Source: an uncultured virus (IMG/VR IMGVR_UViG_3300045016_000216) (Duplodnaviria; Heunggongvirae; Uroviricota; Caudoviricetes). From it: a DNA stretch of 64,000 bases. Position numbers and translations under genes: made by a program. Positions within the stretch are counted from its first letter, which is position 1, and every line of letters starts with the position of its first letter. The notes under the pieces were generated by a model. That model did no database searches. It had not been told where the DNA came from and saw nothing but the letters and a program-made list of their open reading frames with translations. The stretch lies in the IMG/VR virus record IMGVR_UViG_3300045016_000216; one strand, written 5' to 3'. Positions 29,452 through 40,071 of this stretch are shown piece after piece.

Positions 29452-30033
29452 ATGCCTACAGGACCATTAACTAAGGATACCACTACCGTTGCTTTAGGAT
29501 TGGCTCAGGTTAGAGTTGGTGCTGCCGATTCCAACATTTCTAATATCCATCCCGCCTTATCTTCTACTAATTCTATAGGAGCTTTGGCTAATACAAAGTT
29601 TACTTCTAAAGTAGACTTTTGGAAATTAGAATCGGGATTCCCTCTTATGGAAGATACTACTATTCCATTAAGAGAGGCCGCTTCTCTAGAATGTTCATTC
29701 AAAGAAATAACCCCGATGAACTTGGCTTTTACCCGAGGCATTGATGCTACTTCAGGTTATACTTCTGTCCATTCTGGTGAGATTGCACTGGGCAATTTAA
29801 CTACCCCCGCTTTTCTCAGAATGGAGGCAGTTTATACCTTTCCTAGTGGCTCTAACTACATGACTATTGTGTTTCCTAGGGCCCAAGTTGCTTCAGGAAT
29901 TGAAGTAGACCTTAAGACTGAAGATGCTGCGGCCGTTCCTATAGTATTTGAAGCTAAAAGGGCTGATAGTGCTGTTTCAGGAGGCAGTGCCGTTTGGGAT
30001 GCAAAGCCTATGGGTCGTATCATTTTTACCTAA
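29452..30033 (+). CDS. Major tail (tube) protein
   Basis: 193 aa, strong AGGAGGTG RBS, upstream of chaperone and tape measure genes. Confidence 0.7.
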   Translation: MPTGPLTKDTTTVALGLAQVRVGAADSNISNIHPALSSTNSIGALANTKFTSKVDFWKLESGFPLMEDTTIPLREAASLECSFKEITPMNLAFTRGIDATSGYTSVHSGEIALGNLTTPAFLRMEAVYTFPSGSNYMTIVFPRAQVASGIEVDLKTEDAAAVPIVFEAKRADSAVSGGSAVWDAKPMGRIIFT

Positions 30034-30045
30034 ACCTCTCACTAA

Positions 30046-30071
30046 TCAAGTGCCTCGAAAGAGGCACTTGA
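30046..30071 (+). terminator. Perfect hairpin after major tail gene (attenuator or processing site)
   Basis: TCAAGTGCCTC-GAAA-GAGGCACTTGA, 11 bp stem with GNRA loop; no U-tract. Confidence 0.6.
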
Positions 30072-30102
30072 ACCCCCAATCATATTAATAAGGAGAAAAA
30101 AG

Positions 30103-30576
30103 ATGGACAATGATTTGGAATTATTGAATCCTCAAATCAAGGAAGCTGTTATCGGAATAAGAAAACTTAGGAAAATAAAAATCTATCCTTTATCTATTGC
30201 AGATCAGTCTAAACTCACGAACAACATATCCTCAGCTATTTTTGAGGTACAATCTGTAAGAGATGAAGATAATATTAAAATTTTATCTGTAATAAAAGAT
30301 ACTATTTCAGACAATATTGGTAAAATAATGACTTTTATATCAGATGAAAACGAGGAAGTTTTAACTGATATTACCAATGATCAATTATTAGATATTATTG
30401 AAATAGTTTTTGAAGCTAATTATGCTTCCTTAGAAAAAAAAACGAAGGACCTCCTGAAAAAACTGGCGAAAGTGTTTCTGCCAGCACAGTTATCACCAGT
30501 ATCCTTAGACACTATTCCCAATACCGACTTGAAGATGTCTTCAGTAAGTCCTATAGAGAAGGAGGACTTACAGTAG
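30103..30576 (+). CDS. Tail assembly chaperone (gpG-like)
   Basis: Between major tail and tape measure genes; contains slippery A9. Confidence 0.75.
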   Translation: MDNDLELLNPQIKEAVIGIRKLRKIKIYPLSIADQSKLTNNISSAIFEVQSVRDEDNIKILSVIKDTISDNIGKIMTFISDENEEVLTDITNDQLLDIIEIVFEANYASLEKKTKDLLKKLAKVFLPAQLSPVSLDTIPNTDLKMSSVSPIEKEDLQ

Positions 30577-30821
30577 GGCAGATTAGTATTTTGTTTAAGG
30601 GGATTGAGGAACAAAAATTAGATTATTATAAGTTAGGAGCTTCACTGTTTGGGGTAGATTTAGAAAAGGAATCTAAGAAGAGGGAAGAAGAAAACCGGAT
30701 GTTATTTAAGGACCCATCAGAGTATAACAATATGAGTGAAGAGGAAAAGCAGACTTTGACAGACAAAATGATGGGGCATTATAAAAAATGGGCCAATAAA
30801 GAAGGATTAACAGATGCCTAG
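30103..30821 (+). CDS. Tail assembly chaperone -1 frameshift product (gpGT-like)
   Basis: A9 at 30434-30442; -1 frame open from 30420 to TAG at 30821 and includes ORF 30591-30821. Confidence 0.75.
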
Positions 30822-33800
30822 CCGAGATTTATCACTTGGTATTTTATTTACTTCAAAGATAGATGGTACCTTTGACAGGATTGCCAAAGATATTAAATCT
30901 AAATTTGATCAAGTAAATGAATCAATGAAAAAGGTAACCAAATCTACTGAAGAAAGTAGAAGGGGTTTTATTACCTATGATTGGAGTTTAAAGAATATTA
31001 TAACTGATATGGAGAAACTCCTTGCAGTTCAAGCCAGATGGTATGGAGCTAAATTTGCTCTTTTTGCAGGAGTTCAATTACCTATACAATCTTTTAAAGA
31101 TGTGCTCGCTTATGTTAATCAGATTGAAGAAGCTAGAGCAGGTCTTTTAAGATGGGGTGCTACTTCGGGCCAAGTAACTTCAGATATGAAAAAACAAATA
31201 GACGGTCTTCTTATTTTAATGAGAAGAGCTACCACTGAGTTTCCTGTTACTTTGGAAGATTTAAGTAAATCAATGCAAGCGTTCGCTGGAGCAGGATTGC
31301 CTTATGGTGTACTTCAGGGCATGGTAGATGGTGTTGCCAAGTTAAGAGTTTCTTTTAAGGAAATAGATATTAATCAATGGGCTGTTGCTACTGTTGGTGC
31401 TTTTAATACTTTTAAGGATACTTTGACGGAAGTTAATACTGATGCTGAAAAAATGCTCTTAATTTTTGAGAAAATATTGAGAGCACAAGCTGTTGGTATT
31501 GCTAGACCTGAATCGTTTGCTAAAGTTTTACAGTATATGGGCCCTATTAGTAAAATGCTTGGAGGTTCTTTAGATCAATTATTAGCTATGTCTGTAGCTA
31601 TGTCTAATTTAGGTGGAAATATTGCTGCTGTTTCTAGAGTAACATCTACAATGTTACAAGCTATGAATACAGATAAGTTTAAAAAGATATTGGATGTATT
31701 GCAGATCAAAATTGATCCTAAGAAAACTTTATTTGCTCAGTTAGATGTTATAATGGAGGGATTAAGTAAAGCTGTAAATGAAAATAGTGAAATCGTAATG
31801 GGATGGTTTAACGTACTTACAAAAGGTATGGGGAGAGGAGAAGTTAGAGAACTTGTAAAATTGTTGCTGACTTATGGTACCGTTTATAAACAATTAACTA
31901 GGGATATAGCTGAATCTGCTGGAGGTCTTACTGCGGCTTCAGCTATTATGGCTATGCCCCCTTCTCAACAATGGATAATATTTTTAAATTTATTGAAAGA
32001 AGTGGGTAAAGCTGTTAATGAGTATTTAGGTCCCGATCTTCAAAAGGCTACAGGTAGATTAATTGATTTTGCTAGGGGTGTTCTAGTTGCCATTGATCCT
32101 ACAGGAACTTTTGCAGATAAATTAGATAAGTTAGGGTCTATAGGAAGATTTGCTTATAATATTACTGCCTCTTTGGTAAACGCTTTTAAAAATATATGGA
32201 CAGCTTTGAAACCTGTAGTTACTATACTTGAGGTGTTTTTAGGGGTTATTTTAAAGGTCACTTCTTGGTTAGCAGAACATACTAGGTTGGTGGAAATATT
32301 AGCTACTGTGATAATGGGAAGATTGTTGGTAGGATTAGGTTTATTGATATTTAGATTTACAGGATTAAGTGCCATATTGGATGTTACAATTACTTCTTTT
32401 AGAGTATTAGGCCTATCTGTTATTCCTTCTCTCGCTGCTGGATTTACTACTTTAATAGCTAGAATAAATCCATTAACTGCTGCTTTATTTGCTGCTGCTT
32501 CTGCTATGTCTTTACTTAATGCTATGAAGGAAGATTATGATTCAGAGTTAGGTAAATTTGAAGTAAAAATGTATGGTGCTTCTTTGAAAGAACAAGAGAA
32601 GGAGCTTAATAATTTAAAAGAGTATGTCAATACTTATGAGAAATTTTCAAAGTTTGATAAATTTAAAAGTGAGGGTAGACCTACATCTACTATTACAGGT
32701 AAGCCTCAAACAGGAGTGGAAGCAGGATATGATGCCCGTGCGTTGGATATAGTTAAAAAGAAAATAAGTTTTTTAGAACAACAAATAACATTAAAGAAAA
32801 AAGAGGAAGAATTCAATAAGAAAATGAAAAAAGGAGGAGGAGAGGAACCTCCCCCCTCTGTAGATAAAGAAAAATACAAATCTTATCTTGCTGATTTAAG
32901 ATCAGCACAAAAGGCAGAAAGTAGGGCTAGATTAGAACAAGTTAAAAATGATTATGCCACTGAGGAAAGACTTCTAGAAAATTCTTACAAAAACAGGACA
33001 ATCTCTGAAGAGGAATATCAAGAAAAGAAAAAGGATTTAAGAGAAAGGGGTAGAGATATTTTCTTTAGTGAATTGTTGGAAGAGTTTTATGAGATAAGGA
33101 ATAATTACGCAAGGGAGAGAGAGGAATTAGAAAAGGTTACTGATCCTTTGGAAAGGAAGAGAAGATTAGAAGTATCAGCAGCTAGGGAAAAGGCTGATAT
33201 GGAGAAGATAGTAACTGAAAGGTTGAAGTTTGAAAATAAACAAAGAATAGATTTGGATGATGATGTTACTAAGAATAGGGTTGAAAATATAAATAGAATT
33301 ATTGAGGCTATGACCACTGAGGCTAATCTGAATAGAATTGTTAGAGAAGGAGAAGCCGAGAGTTTAAGAAGACAAATAGATGCTGAGGAAGAATTAGCTG
33401 ATTTTAAATTTAGAAGAAAAGAAGTATCTTCAAGAGATTATTATGAGGATCAGGTAAGAAGGGAAACGGAATTATTTAATAAGAAAAAGGAATTATTAGA
33501 TAGGGAATTAATTAGTTATTATGCACTTTCTCAAGCTAAAATGGCAAAAGCAGGAGAGAATGTAGAAGAACAGGAAAAAATTCAAAATGACTTTTTAGAA
33601 AAGGTTCAGGAAAATAAAAATAAGCAAATAGCATTAGAAGAAGACTATGCAAATAAAGTGAGGGGGATTCATAGGAAGTTAGCTACTGATTTGGAAGAAA
33701 TTTACAGGACTGAAGGGTTAATGGGAACTGTAAGGGAAGGATTAAGAAGGTGGTTAGAAGAGGCTAAAACTACTGCTGAAGGTATTGTTGATATAGTTAA

Positions 33801-34665
33801 AGGCGTAGGAGATTCTTTAAGCGGGGCTTTATCCGATATGCTTTATTCTATGGGTAAAGGTACCTTTAATATAAGCAAAGAATCTGATATTAACAAGGCT
33901 GAAGATAAATTAAAACAGATAGAACTTGACAAACAAACCTTAGCTAATCAGAAAGAAGCCTTACAAAATCAAAGGGATTTAATTAGTAGTAATAACTCTC
34001 TTTCTGAATCGGAGAAGAGAAAACAGCAGGCCATTATTGATACACAAATAGCGGCTATTGCAGCACAGGAAGCCCAATTAGATGCTAATAAACAGATTGT
34101 GGAATCTCAAAAACGGGTAGCGGAGGGACAAACATCGTTATTAGATATATTTAGGAAATTTTTGGATGAATTACTTAAAATGATGACCCAATTTATAGCA
34201 CAGGAAACTGTAAAAGTCTTTCTAAAATATCTTGCACAAATAGTCGGTACATATTTTGGAAGTTCAGGAGGAAGTGCAGGAGGAAGTGCAGGAGGAAGTG
34301 TAGGAGGAGGCATAGGAGGAGGCATAGGAGGAGAGTATTATCGGATTCATAAAGGAGGGGTGATGGGTCAAGACATCATTCCTAAAAAATATATTGATAT
34401 GCTTCCTAGATACCATTCAGGGGTAGGTCCAGATGAGAGATTGTCTGTAATTAGAAAAAATGAAGGAGTTTTTACCCCAGGTCAGATGAAAGCTTTAGGA
34501 CAAAGGGATGTCAATGTTCAGATAAATTTAGAAAATAAATCTAGTCAACCTGTAACTGCTAAACAAGGTAAAACTCAGTTTGATGGTAAGAAGTATGTAA
34601 TAAGTGTTATCCTTGAAGATATTAGACAAGGTGGAGTTTTGAGAGGAGCTATAGCAAATGTCTGA
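30814..34665 (+). CDS. Tape measure protein
   Basis: 1283 aa helical/coiled-coil protein with hydrophobic middle and typical C-terminus (PRYHSG, NEGVFTPGQ). Confidence 0.9.
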   Translation: MPSRDLSLGILFTSKIDGTFDRIAKDIKSKFDQVNESMKKVTKSTEESRRGFITYDWSLKNIITDMEKLLAVQARWYGAKFALFAGVQLPIQSFKDVLAYVNQIEEARAGLLRWGATSGQVTSDMKKQIDGLLILMRRATTEFPVTLEDLSKSMQAFAGAGLPYGVLQGMVDGVAKLRVSFKEIDINQWAVATVGAFNTFKDTLTEVNTDAEKMLLIFEKILRAQAVGIARPESFAKVLQYMGPISKMLGGSLDQLLAMSVAMSNLGGNIAAVSRVTSTMLQAMNTDKFKKILDVLQIKIDPKKTLFAQLDVIMEGLSKAVNENSEIVMGWFNVLTKGMGRGEVRELVKLLLTYGTVYKQLTRDIAESAGGLTAASAIMAMPPSQQWIIFLNLLKEVGKAVNEYLGPDLQKATGRLIDFARGVLVAIDPTGTFADKLDKLGSIGRFAYNITASLVNAFKNIWTALKPVVTILEVFLGVILKVTSWLAEHTRLVEILATVIMGRLLVGLGLLIFRFTGLSAILDVTITSFRVLGLSVIPSLAAGFTTLIARINPLTAALFAAASAMSLLNAMKEDYDSELGKFEVKMYGASLKEQEKELNNLKEYVNTYEKFSKFDKFKSEGRPTSTITGKPQTGVEAGYDARALDIVKKKISFLEQQITLKKKEEEFNKKMKKGGGEEPPPSVDKEKYKSYLADLRSAQKAESRARLEQVKNDYATEERLLENSYKNRTISEEEYQEKKKDLRERGRDIFFSELLEEFYEIRNNYAREREELEKVTDPLERKRRLEVSAAREKADMEKIVTERLKFENKQRIDLDDDVTKNRVENINRIIEAMTTEANLNRIVREGEAESLRRQIDAEEELADFKFRRKEVSSRDYYEDQVRRETELFNKKKELLDRELISYYALSQAKMAKAGENVEEQEKIQNDFLEKVQENKNKQIALEEDYANKVRGIHRKLATDLEEIYRTEGLMGTVREGLRRWLEEAKTTAEGIVDIVKGVGDSLSGALSDMLYSMGKGTFNISKESDINKAEDKLKQIELDKQTLANQKEALQNQRDLISSNNSLSESEKRKQQAIIDTQIAAIAAQEAQLDANKQIVESQKRVAEGQTSLLDIFRKFLDELLKMMTQFIAQETVKVFLKYLAQIVGTYFGSSGGSAGGSAGGSVGGGIGGGIGGEYYRIHKGGVMGQDIIPKKYIDMLPRYHSGVGPDERLSVIRKNEGVFTPGQMKALGQRDVNVQINLENKSSQPVTAKQGKTQFDGKKYVISVILEDIRQGGVLRGAIANV
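34267..34332 (+). repeat. 12-bp tandem repeat (5.5 units) encoding Gly-rich linker in tape measure protein
   Basis: GGAGGAAGTGCA x2, GGAGGAAGTGTA, GGAGGAGGCATA x2, GGAGGA. Confidence 0.85.
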
Positions 34666-35005
34666 TTTTCCTACATTAAGTAGACCTCCTGAATGGGAAA
34701 TAAAAGAGGATGTTTTAGATTCTACTATTAAAAGTGATTTTGAGAGTGGGTATGTTCAAACTAGACCTAGATTCACCTCAGATAGAAAGAAATGGTCTAA
34801 CGTGGTTTATAAAAATTTAAATACTTCTGATGTGGCTTTGCTTAGGGCATTTATAACCGCGGTAAGGGGAGGATCTGAATCTTTTAATTGGACTAATCCT
34901 GATGATAGCACAACTTATATAGTAAGATTTGATCCTGTACCCACCATAACTTACATGGCAACTGCCCATTATTATCAAGCTGAAATGGGGTTTATGCAAG
35001 TATGA
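34658..35005 (+). CDS. Distal tail protein (lambda gpM-like)
   Basis: FESGYVQ, GGSESFNWTNP; follows tape measure gene. Confidence 0.75.
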   Translation: MSDFPTLSRPPEWEIKEDVLDSTIKSDFESGYVQTRPRFTSDRKKWSNVVYKNLNTSDVALLRAFITAVRGGSESFNWTNPDDSTTYIVRFDPVPTITYMATAHYYQAEMGFMQV

Positions 35006-35613
35006 AAACATTACCCGCTGTATTGGCAATAGAAAAGAATAAACTCACCTCTACTAGTTCTTGGTTACTTTTGTTAGATGTGACTCTTACCAGTGGTGTA
35101 GTTTTAAATCTTGTAAGGAATGTTATTGATATTGAGTGGAATGGAACTACTTATAGTAGGTTTCCCTTTGATATAGATTCTGTTTCTGATTCTGGAAAAG
35201 GAGAGTTGCCTACTTTGCAACTTACCTTATCTAATGTTACTAGAATAATCCAAGCTTATTTGGAACCTTTGGATGGAGCAGTAGGCTCTACTGTAGATAT
35301 TCATGTAGTAAATTCCGATTATTTGTCTGAGGATACTTCATCTTTGGATATGTCTTTTGTGGTTATTTCAGTAATTATGTCAGCTTCAAAAGCCGTATTT
35401 ACTCTTGGAGCGCCTTCTCCGTTTAGAAGAAGATTCCCTTTGATTCGATACATAGCAGGTCATTGTAATTGGATATTTAAAGGTGCTGAATGTGCTTATT
35501 CAGGCAGTTCTGCTACTTGTAATAAAACATTTGAGTATTGTACTACATTAGGTAATACTAAAAGATTTGGCGGATTTCCAGGATTGAAAAGTAATGCTAT
35601 TAGATTTGCTTAA
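35002..35613 (+). CDS. Minor tail protein (lambda gpL-like, Fe-S Cys motif)
   Basis: GELPTLQLTLSNV; CNWIFKGAECAY...CNKTFEYC...FGGFPG. Confidence 0.85.
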   Translation: MKTLPAVLAIEKNKLTSTSSWLLLLDVTLTSGVVLNLVRNVIDIEWNGTTYSRFPFDIDSVSDSGKGELPTLQLTLSNVTRIIQAYLEPLDGAVGSTVDIHVVNSDYLSEDTSSLDMSFVVISVIMSASKAVFTLGAPSPFRRRFPLIRYIAGHCNWIFKGAECAYSGSSATCNKTFEYCTTLGNTKRFGGFPGLKSNAIRFA

Positions 35614-35977
35614 TAAACAATTTGAATATGGAGCTAGAGGACCTAATACTTTTGATTGTTATGGTTTATTGATGGAGGTTTATAGGAGAAGAGGAATTAT
35701 TTTAGAGGATCTTATCTCTCCTGATAATAAAGGTTTGATAAATGCTGTAGTAGAAGAAAAGAAAATTGATTGGATACAGATTGACAAGCCAGAACCTTTT
35801 TGTGCTGTAACGTTTAAGGTTAAAGGGTTATATTCTACTCATATCGGGGTAATTTTACCTGATCTAAATAGTTTTATTCATTGTATTGAAAAGAAGCAAG
35901 TGGCTATAGAGAAACTTAATCATCTACTTTGGAAGAATAGAATAAGCGGGTTTTATAAATATGCTTCAGATAGTTAA
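35594..35977 (+). CDS. NlpC/P60 tail assembly protein (gpK-like)
   Basis: GARGPNTFDCYGL, HIGV, FIHC. Confidence 0.85.
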   Translation: MLLDLLNKQFEYGARGPNTFDCYGLLMEVYRRRGIILEDLISPDNKGLINAVVEEKKIDWIQIDKPEPFCAVTFKVKGLYSTHIGVILPDLNSFIHCIEKKQVAIEKLNHLLWKNRISGFYKYASDS

Positions 35978-38900
35978 AGTAAATGATCCTTTGAATAGAA
36001 GAAATAAGGAAACTCGATCAATTCCTATGAGAGGACAATCTGTTAAGGAATTGAGAGATGAACTTATTCCTAGAGATGTAAATATAGTTACTTCTTTAAA
36101 TGGGAAAATATTGCCCAATGATTCTCTTGATCTTTATAAAGTGAGAGATAAAGATTGTATAACCTTTGTTCCTGTATTCGGTAGTAGTAATAATGATTGG
36201 AACATGGTATTGAAATTGGTTGTAGCGGTTGTAGCTATAGTAGTAATGGCTTATTCTGGTCAATGGTGGGGTGTGGGACCTTTGGCTGCTGCGTTAATAG
36301 GTATGGGTATTAGTATAGTTGGTAATTTTTTAGTTGATATGTTATTGCCTATAGAATACAAATTACCTTCTATCGGAGGGTTTAATATTGGTCCCCCTAA
36401 ACCTATTAGTTATACTCCCCCTTCTGCACCAGGGGGCTATGGCAGTTCTATGGGGGGAGTTGGAGAAGGTTATGATACTTCTCAAGTTTTTTCTTGGAGT
36501 CCTCAGACTACTCAACAAGAGGGAGGAATGATTCCTAGATTTTATGGATATAGCAAAGTACATGGTAATATCATATCAGGTAATATAGAAAGTCAGCCAG
36601 GTGCGGCAGGGGTAGCTGCCCAGAGAGTGTTTACTACTTATTGTGGTGAGGGAGGAGGTCCGAGAGAAGAAGAAACTGAATATTATAGGCTCAATACAGT
36701 AAGAAGTGAAGCTTTAGCTAATTATGAGAATAAGAAAGCCATATCTGATGCAGCCTACAAAGCTTATTTCGATAGTTATTCATATGATCCTTATAGTATG
36801 TCAGGGGGCGGGTTTAATGAGGTACTCCGGAACATTTGGCAACTTGCTTTAGTTGAAACAAATGCGGCTCTTCTTGCGTTAAATGCAGCTACATCTAATT
36901 ATAATGCCGCTGGTTATATCTTAAATGTAGTGGGCGGGTATCCTGCACGGATAGAAGAATGTGAGACAGTTTCAGAATTGGTAGGGGGATACCCAGGAAC
37001 TCCTGACTCCAATTATTTGAATGTTTTGATTCATTTAGGATTAGGTCCTATATATGGTATAAGTGATATAAAGATAAATGATCAAGATTATACCAAGTAT
37101 GATAATATAATTGTGGAAGATGTTTTAGGTAGCATGGATCAACCTATGATTGAGAATTTCAATGATACTAAAGTTGAATATTCTATGTCTATTCAAGTTG
37201 AAGGAGGTAGTTCTTATACTTATACTACACAAGGGGATTATTTTGATGCTTTGGAAGTAAAGATTATATTCCCTAGAGGGTTATTTTCAGTTGATAATGA
37301 TTATGGAGATATGAATTATCATTCTGTAGGGTTTCAAGTTGATGCTAGGAAAGTAGGGGATACTACTTGGGTTAGTTATGCAAGTGGTAGTTATACAGAT
37401 TGTAAATCTATGGCTATAACTAAAGTTGTGAAATTTTCTGTTCCTAGCAAAGGTCAATATCAGATAAAAATATCGAAAACCTCCGCAGAACAAACCAGTT
37501 CTAAATATGGGGATGTTATGTATGTGTCCTCAATATCAGAAATAATTTATGATGATTTTCAATATCCAAGACAAGTATTAGTAGGAGTTAAGGCTTTAGC
37601 AACTGGACAAATATCAGGATCATTTGATTTTTCGTGTATAGTGCAGGGAGCATTGATCAGGGTTTATGATGGAATAAGTTGGGCAGTAATTTTCTCCAAC
37701 AACCCTGCTTGGGTAGCTTATGATATTTTAACTCAGCCTGTTTTTGATAACGATTTGAATGTGATCAGATATGATGGATTTGATCCTGTATACATAGATA
37801 CTGATGCCTTTTATGAATGGGCTCTTTATTGTGATACTCCTGTTCCGGATGGTAAGGGGGGTACTGAAAGTAGATTCACTTTTAACGGAGGGTTTGATGC
37901 CTTAACTACAATGTGGGATGCAGTCATGAAGGTCTGTGAAATGAGTAGGGCCATGATTGTAGCTACAGGTACTAAATATTCTGTTTTTGTTGATAAACCT
38001 ACAAATCCTTCCCAGTTATTTTCCGTAGCCAATATTTACATGGATACTTTTCAAGAGGTATTCCTACCTATGGAAGATAGAACATCAGAATTGGAAGTGG
38101 AATACCTCAATTCCGAAAATGATTACCAAAGGGAAACCTTTAATGTTTATAATGATGAGATAGGTAATGATAGCAATAAAGTTTTATTACAACTTATAGG
38201 AATAACCAAACAATCGGAAGCTTACAGAATAGCCAAATTAAGGTTACTTTACAATCAACACTTAACCAGGGCAATTACTTTTGATGTTGATGTAGATGCC
38301 ATAGCTTGTACTGTTGGTGATGTGGTACTAGTTCAACATGATGTACCTCAATGGGGTTATGGGGGTAGAATAATAAGTGCTACCACTTCTACTGTGACTT
38401 TAGATCAAGAAGTAACCATGACTTATGATACTTATTATTCTATATTGATTAGGTTATATGATAATACTGTAGTAGAAAGGCAAGTTCTTACAGAGCCGGG
38501 TACTACAAGTGTTTTGACACTTACCTCACCTTTTACTACACTTCCTCAAAAGTATGATCCTTTTGCATTTGGGGAAACTGATACTGAAGCAAAACCTTTT
38601 AGAGTTGTAGGTATAACAAAGTCACAAGATTTTAAATGTACCATATCTGGCATAGAATACAATCACTCCCTTTATTCTGTAGATGATGAAACTCCAGTAA
38701 TTACTACCTTAGAATATTCAACATTAGATCCTCTTCCTGATGTAGAAAATATAAAATTAGATGAATTGATTATAAAAAGTTCGGATGGCACATTAGTAGA
38801 TTGTATTGATGTCTATTATTCAGTACCCGAAAATAGTTTTTTCGACCATGTTGAAATATGGTACAGACAATCTTCTCCATTTTATACTACTGATATAGCC

Positions 38901-40070
38901 GATGTTAGCAACCCTATTTTTGCAGGTACGGATAAAAGTGGTAGATTCAGAATAAGGGGTGTACAAACAGGATGGAATTATATTATTTCCATTGTGACTG
39001 TAAATGTTTTAAACAAGAAAACGGCTTTAACTGATGCCCCTTGGTCTGAAATTTTAACTCAAGGTAAATTAGATCCGCCTTCTAATGTTACAGGATTTGC
39101 GGCTATTCAAGATGGACAATTTGTTAGTTTTAAATGGACACATATTGAGGACGGTGATTTATGGGGGTATGAAATAAGAAAAGGAGCTAGTTGGGAAACA
39201 TCTACAATTTTAGTTACAGGGATTTCCAAGGATAAGTGGACTTGGAAAGCCGAAATGGATGGTACTTTTCGTTTTCTAATCAAAGCTATTGATTCCTCAA
39301 ATCTTTATTCCAGTACTGCTGCTAGTGCTGATTTAACTTTAAGTGGAATAGATGATTCCATTAATATTATAGTTGTTCAAGATGAAATAACTAAATTAGG
39401 AGGTCCTGATGGAACTTTTACCCATATGTCTTACAGTGGAGAAATTCCTGCTGTTGTTGTTCAGTATGGTTATACAGACTGGGCTTCTTATTTATCTAAT
39501 GGTGTTGACTTTGAGCAAGAGGGAACTATAGGAATAAGATTATCCAACGTTTTTGATGCTTCGGATCCTAGTGCTACAGATTTAAGTTATCCGGATAGAA
39601 CAGATTTAACTTATCCCTCAGATACGGATGATCATGTTACTATGATACCCGAAACTAAAATGTATTACCAATACAGTAGTGATGATATTACTTATTCTGC
39701 CTCTGGAGAATATTTCGGGATAGATCAAGAAGTCTTCCGTTATCTAAAAGCTGAGTTTAGAGTTAAACTGCCTACTTCTACAGGTTTATTTGAATTACAG
39801 CATTTTTATATAGCTGGTGATGTTCCTGATGTAGAGTTTGAATTAAATAATTTTCATGTGTCTGGAGAGACAGGAACAGATGTAATTTTAGCTAATTATG
39901 GATACAATCTGCGTGTAGCTCCTGTTGTTCAAGCTACCATAAAAGGTGCAACTAAAGCAATAGTTCCTATTGTTTCGGGTGAAAGCAAAACGGGGTTTCA
40001 TATTGATTTGCTTGATATTTCTGATACTAAAATTTCTGGGGAAGTTAATTTAAAGATCACAGGATATTAA
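35961..40070 (+). CDS. Tail tip/host specificity protein (gpI+gpJ-like fusion)
   Basis: N-terminal ubiquitin-like segment plus hydrophobic helices, IPRFYG, NNPAWVAYDILT, GDVVLVQHDVP, FN3-like repeats. Confidence 0.88.
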   Translation: MLQIVKVNDPLNRRNKETRSIPMRGQSVKELRDELIPRDVNIVTSLNGKILPNDSLDLYKVRDKDCITFVPVFGSSNNDWNMVLKLVVAVVAIVVMAYSGQWWGVGPLAAALIGMGISIVGNFLVDMLLPIEYKLPSIGGFNIGPPKPISYTPPSAPGGYGSSMGGVGEGYDTSQVFSWSPQTTQQEGGMIPRFYGYSKVHGNIISGNIESQPGAAGVAAQRVFTTYCGEGGGPREEETEYYRLNTVRSEALANYENKKAISDAAYKAYFDSYSYDPYSMSGGGFNEVLRNIWQLALVETNAALLALNAATSNYNAAGYILNVVGGYPARIEECETVSELVGGYPGTPDSNYLNVLIHLGLGPIYGISDIKINDQDYTKYDNIIVEDVLGSMDQPMIENFNDTKVEYSMSIQVEGGSSYTYTTQGDYFDALEVKIIFPRGLFSVDNDYGDMNYHSVGFQVDARKVGDTTWVSYASGSYTDCKSMAITKVVKFSVPSKGQYQIKISKTSAEQTSSKYGDVMYVSSISEIIYDDFQYPRQVLVGVKALATGQISGSFDFSCIVQGALIRVYDGISWAVIFSNNPAWVAYDILTQPVFDNDLNVIRYDGFDPVYIDTDAFYEWALYCDTPVPDGKGGTESRFTFNGGFDALTTMWDAVMKVCEMSRAMIVATGTKYSVFVDKPTNPSQLFSVANIYMDTFQEVFLPMEDRTSELEVEYLNSENDYQRETFNVYNDEIGNDSNKVLLQLIGITKQSEAYRIAKLRLLYNQHLTRAITFDVDVDAIACTVGDVVLVQHDVPQWGYGGRIISATTSTVTLDQEVTMTYDTYYSILIRLYDNTVVERQVLTEPGTTSVLTLTSPFTTLPQKYDPFAFGETDTEAKPFRVVGITKSQDFKCTISGIEYNHSLYSVDDETPVITTLEYSTLDPLPDVENIKLDELIIKSSDGTLVDCIDVYYSVPENSFFDHVEIWYRQSSPFYTTDIADVSNPIFAGTDKSGRFRIRGVQTGWNYIISIVTVNVLNKKTALTDAPWSEILTQGKLDPPSNVTGFAAIQDGQFVSFKWTHIEDGDLWGYEIRKGASWETSTILVTGISKDKWTWKAEMDGTFRFLIKAIDSSNLYSSTAASADLTLSGIDDSINIIVVQDEITKLGGPDGTFTHMSYSGEIPAVVVQYGYTDWASYLSNGVDFEQEGTIGIRLSNVFDASDPSATDLSYPDRTDLTYPSDTDDHVTMIPETKMYYQYSSDDITYSASGEYFGIDQEVFRYLKAEFRVKLPTSTGLFELQHFYIAGDVPDVEFELNNFHVSGETGTDVILANYGYNLRVAPVVQATIKGATKAIVPIVSGESKTGFHIDLLDISDTKISGEVNLKITGY

Positions 40071-40071
40071 T

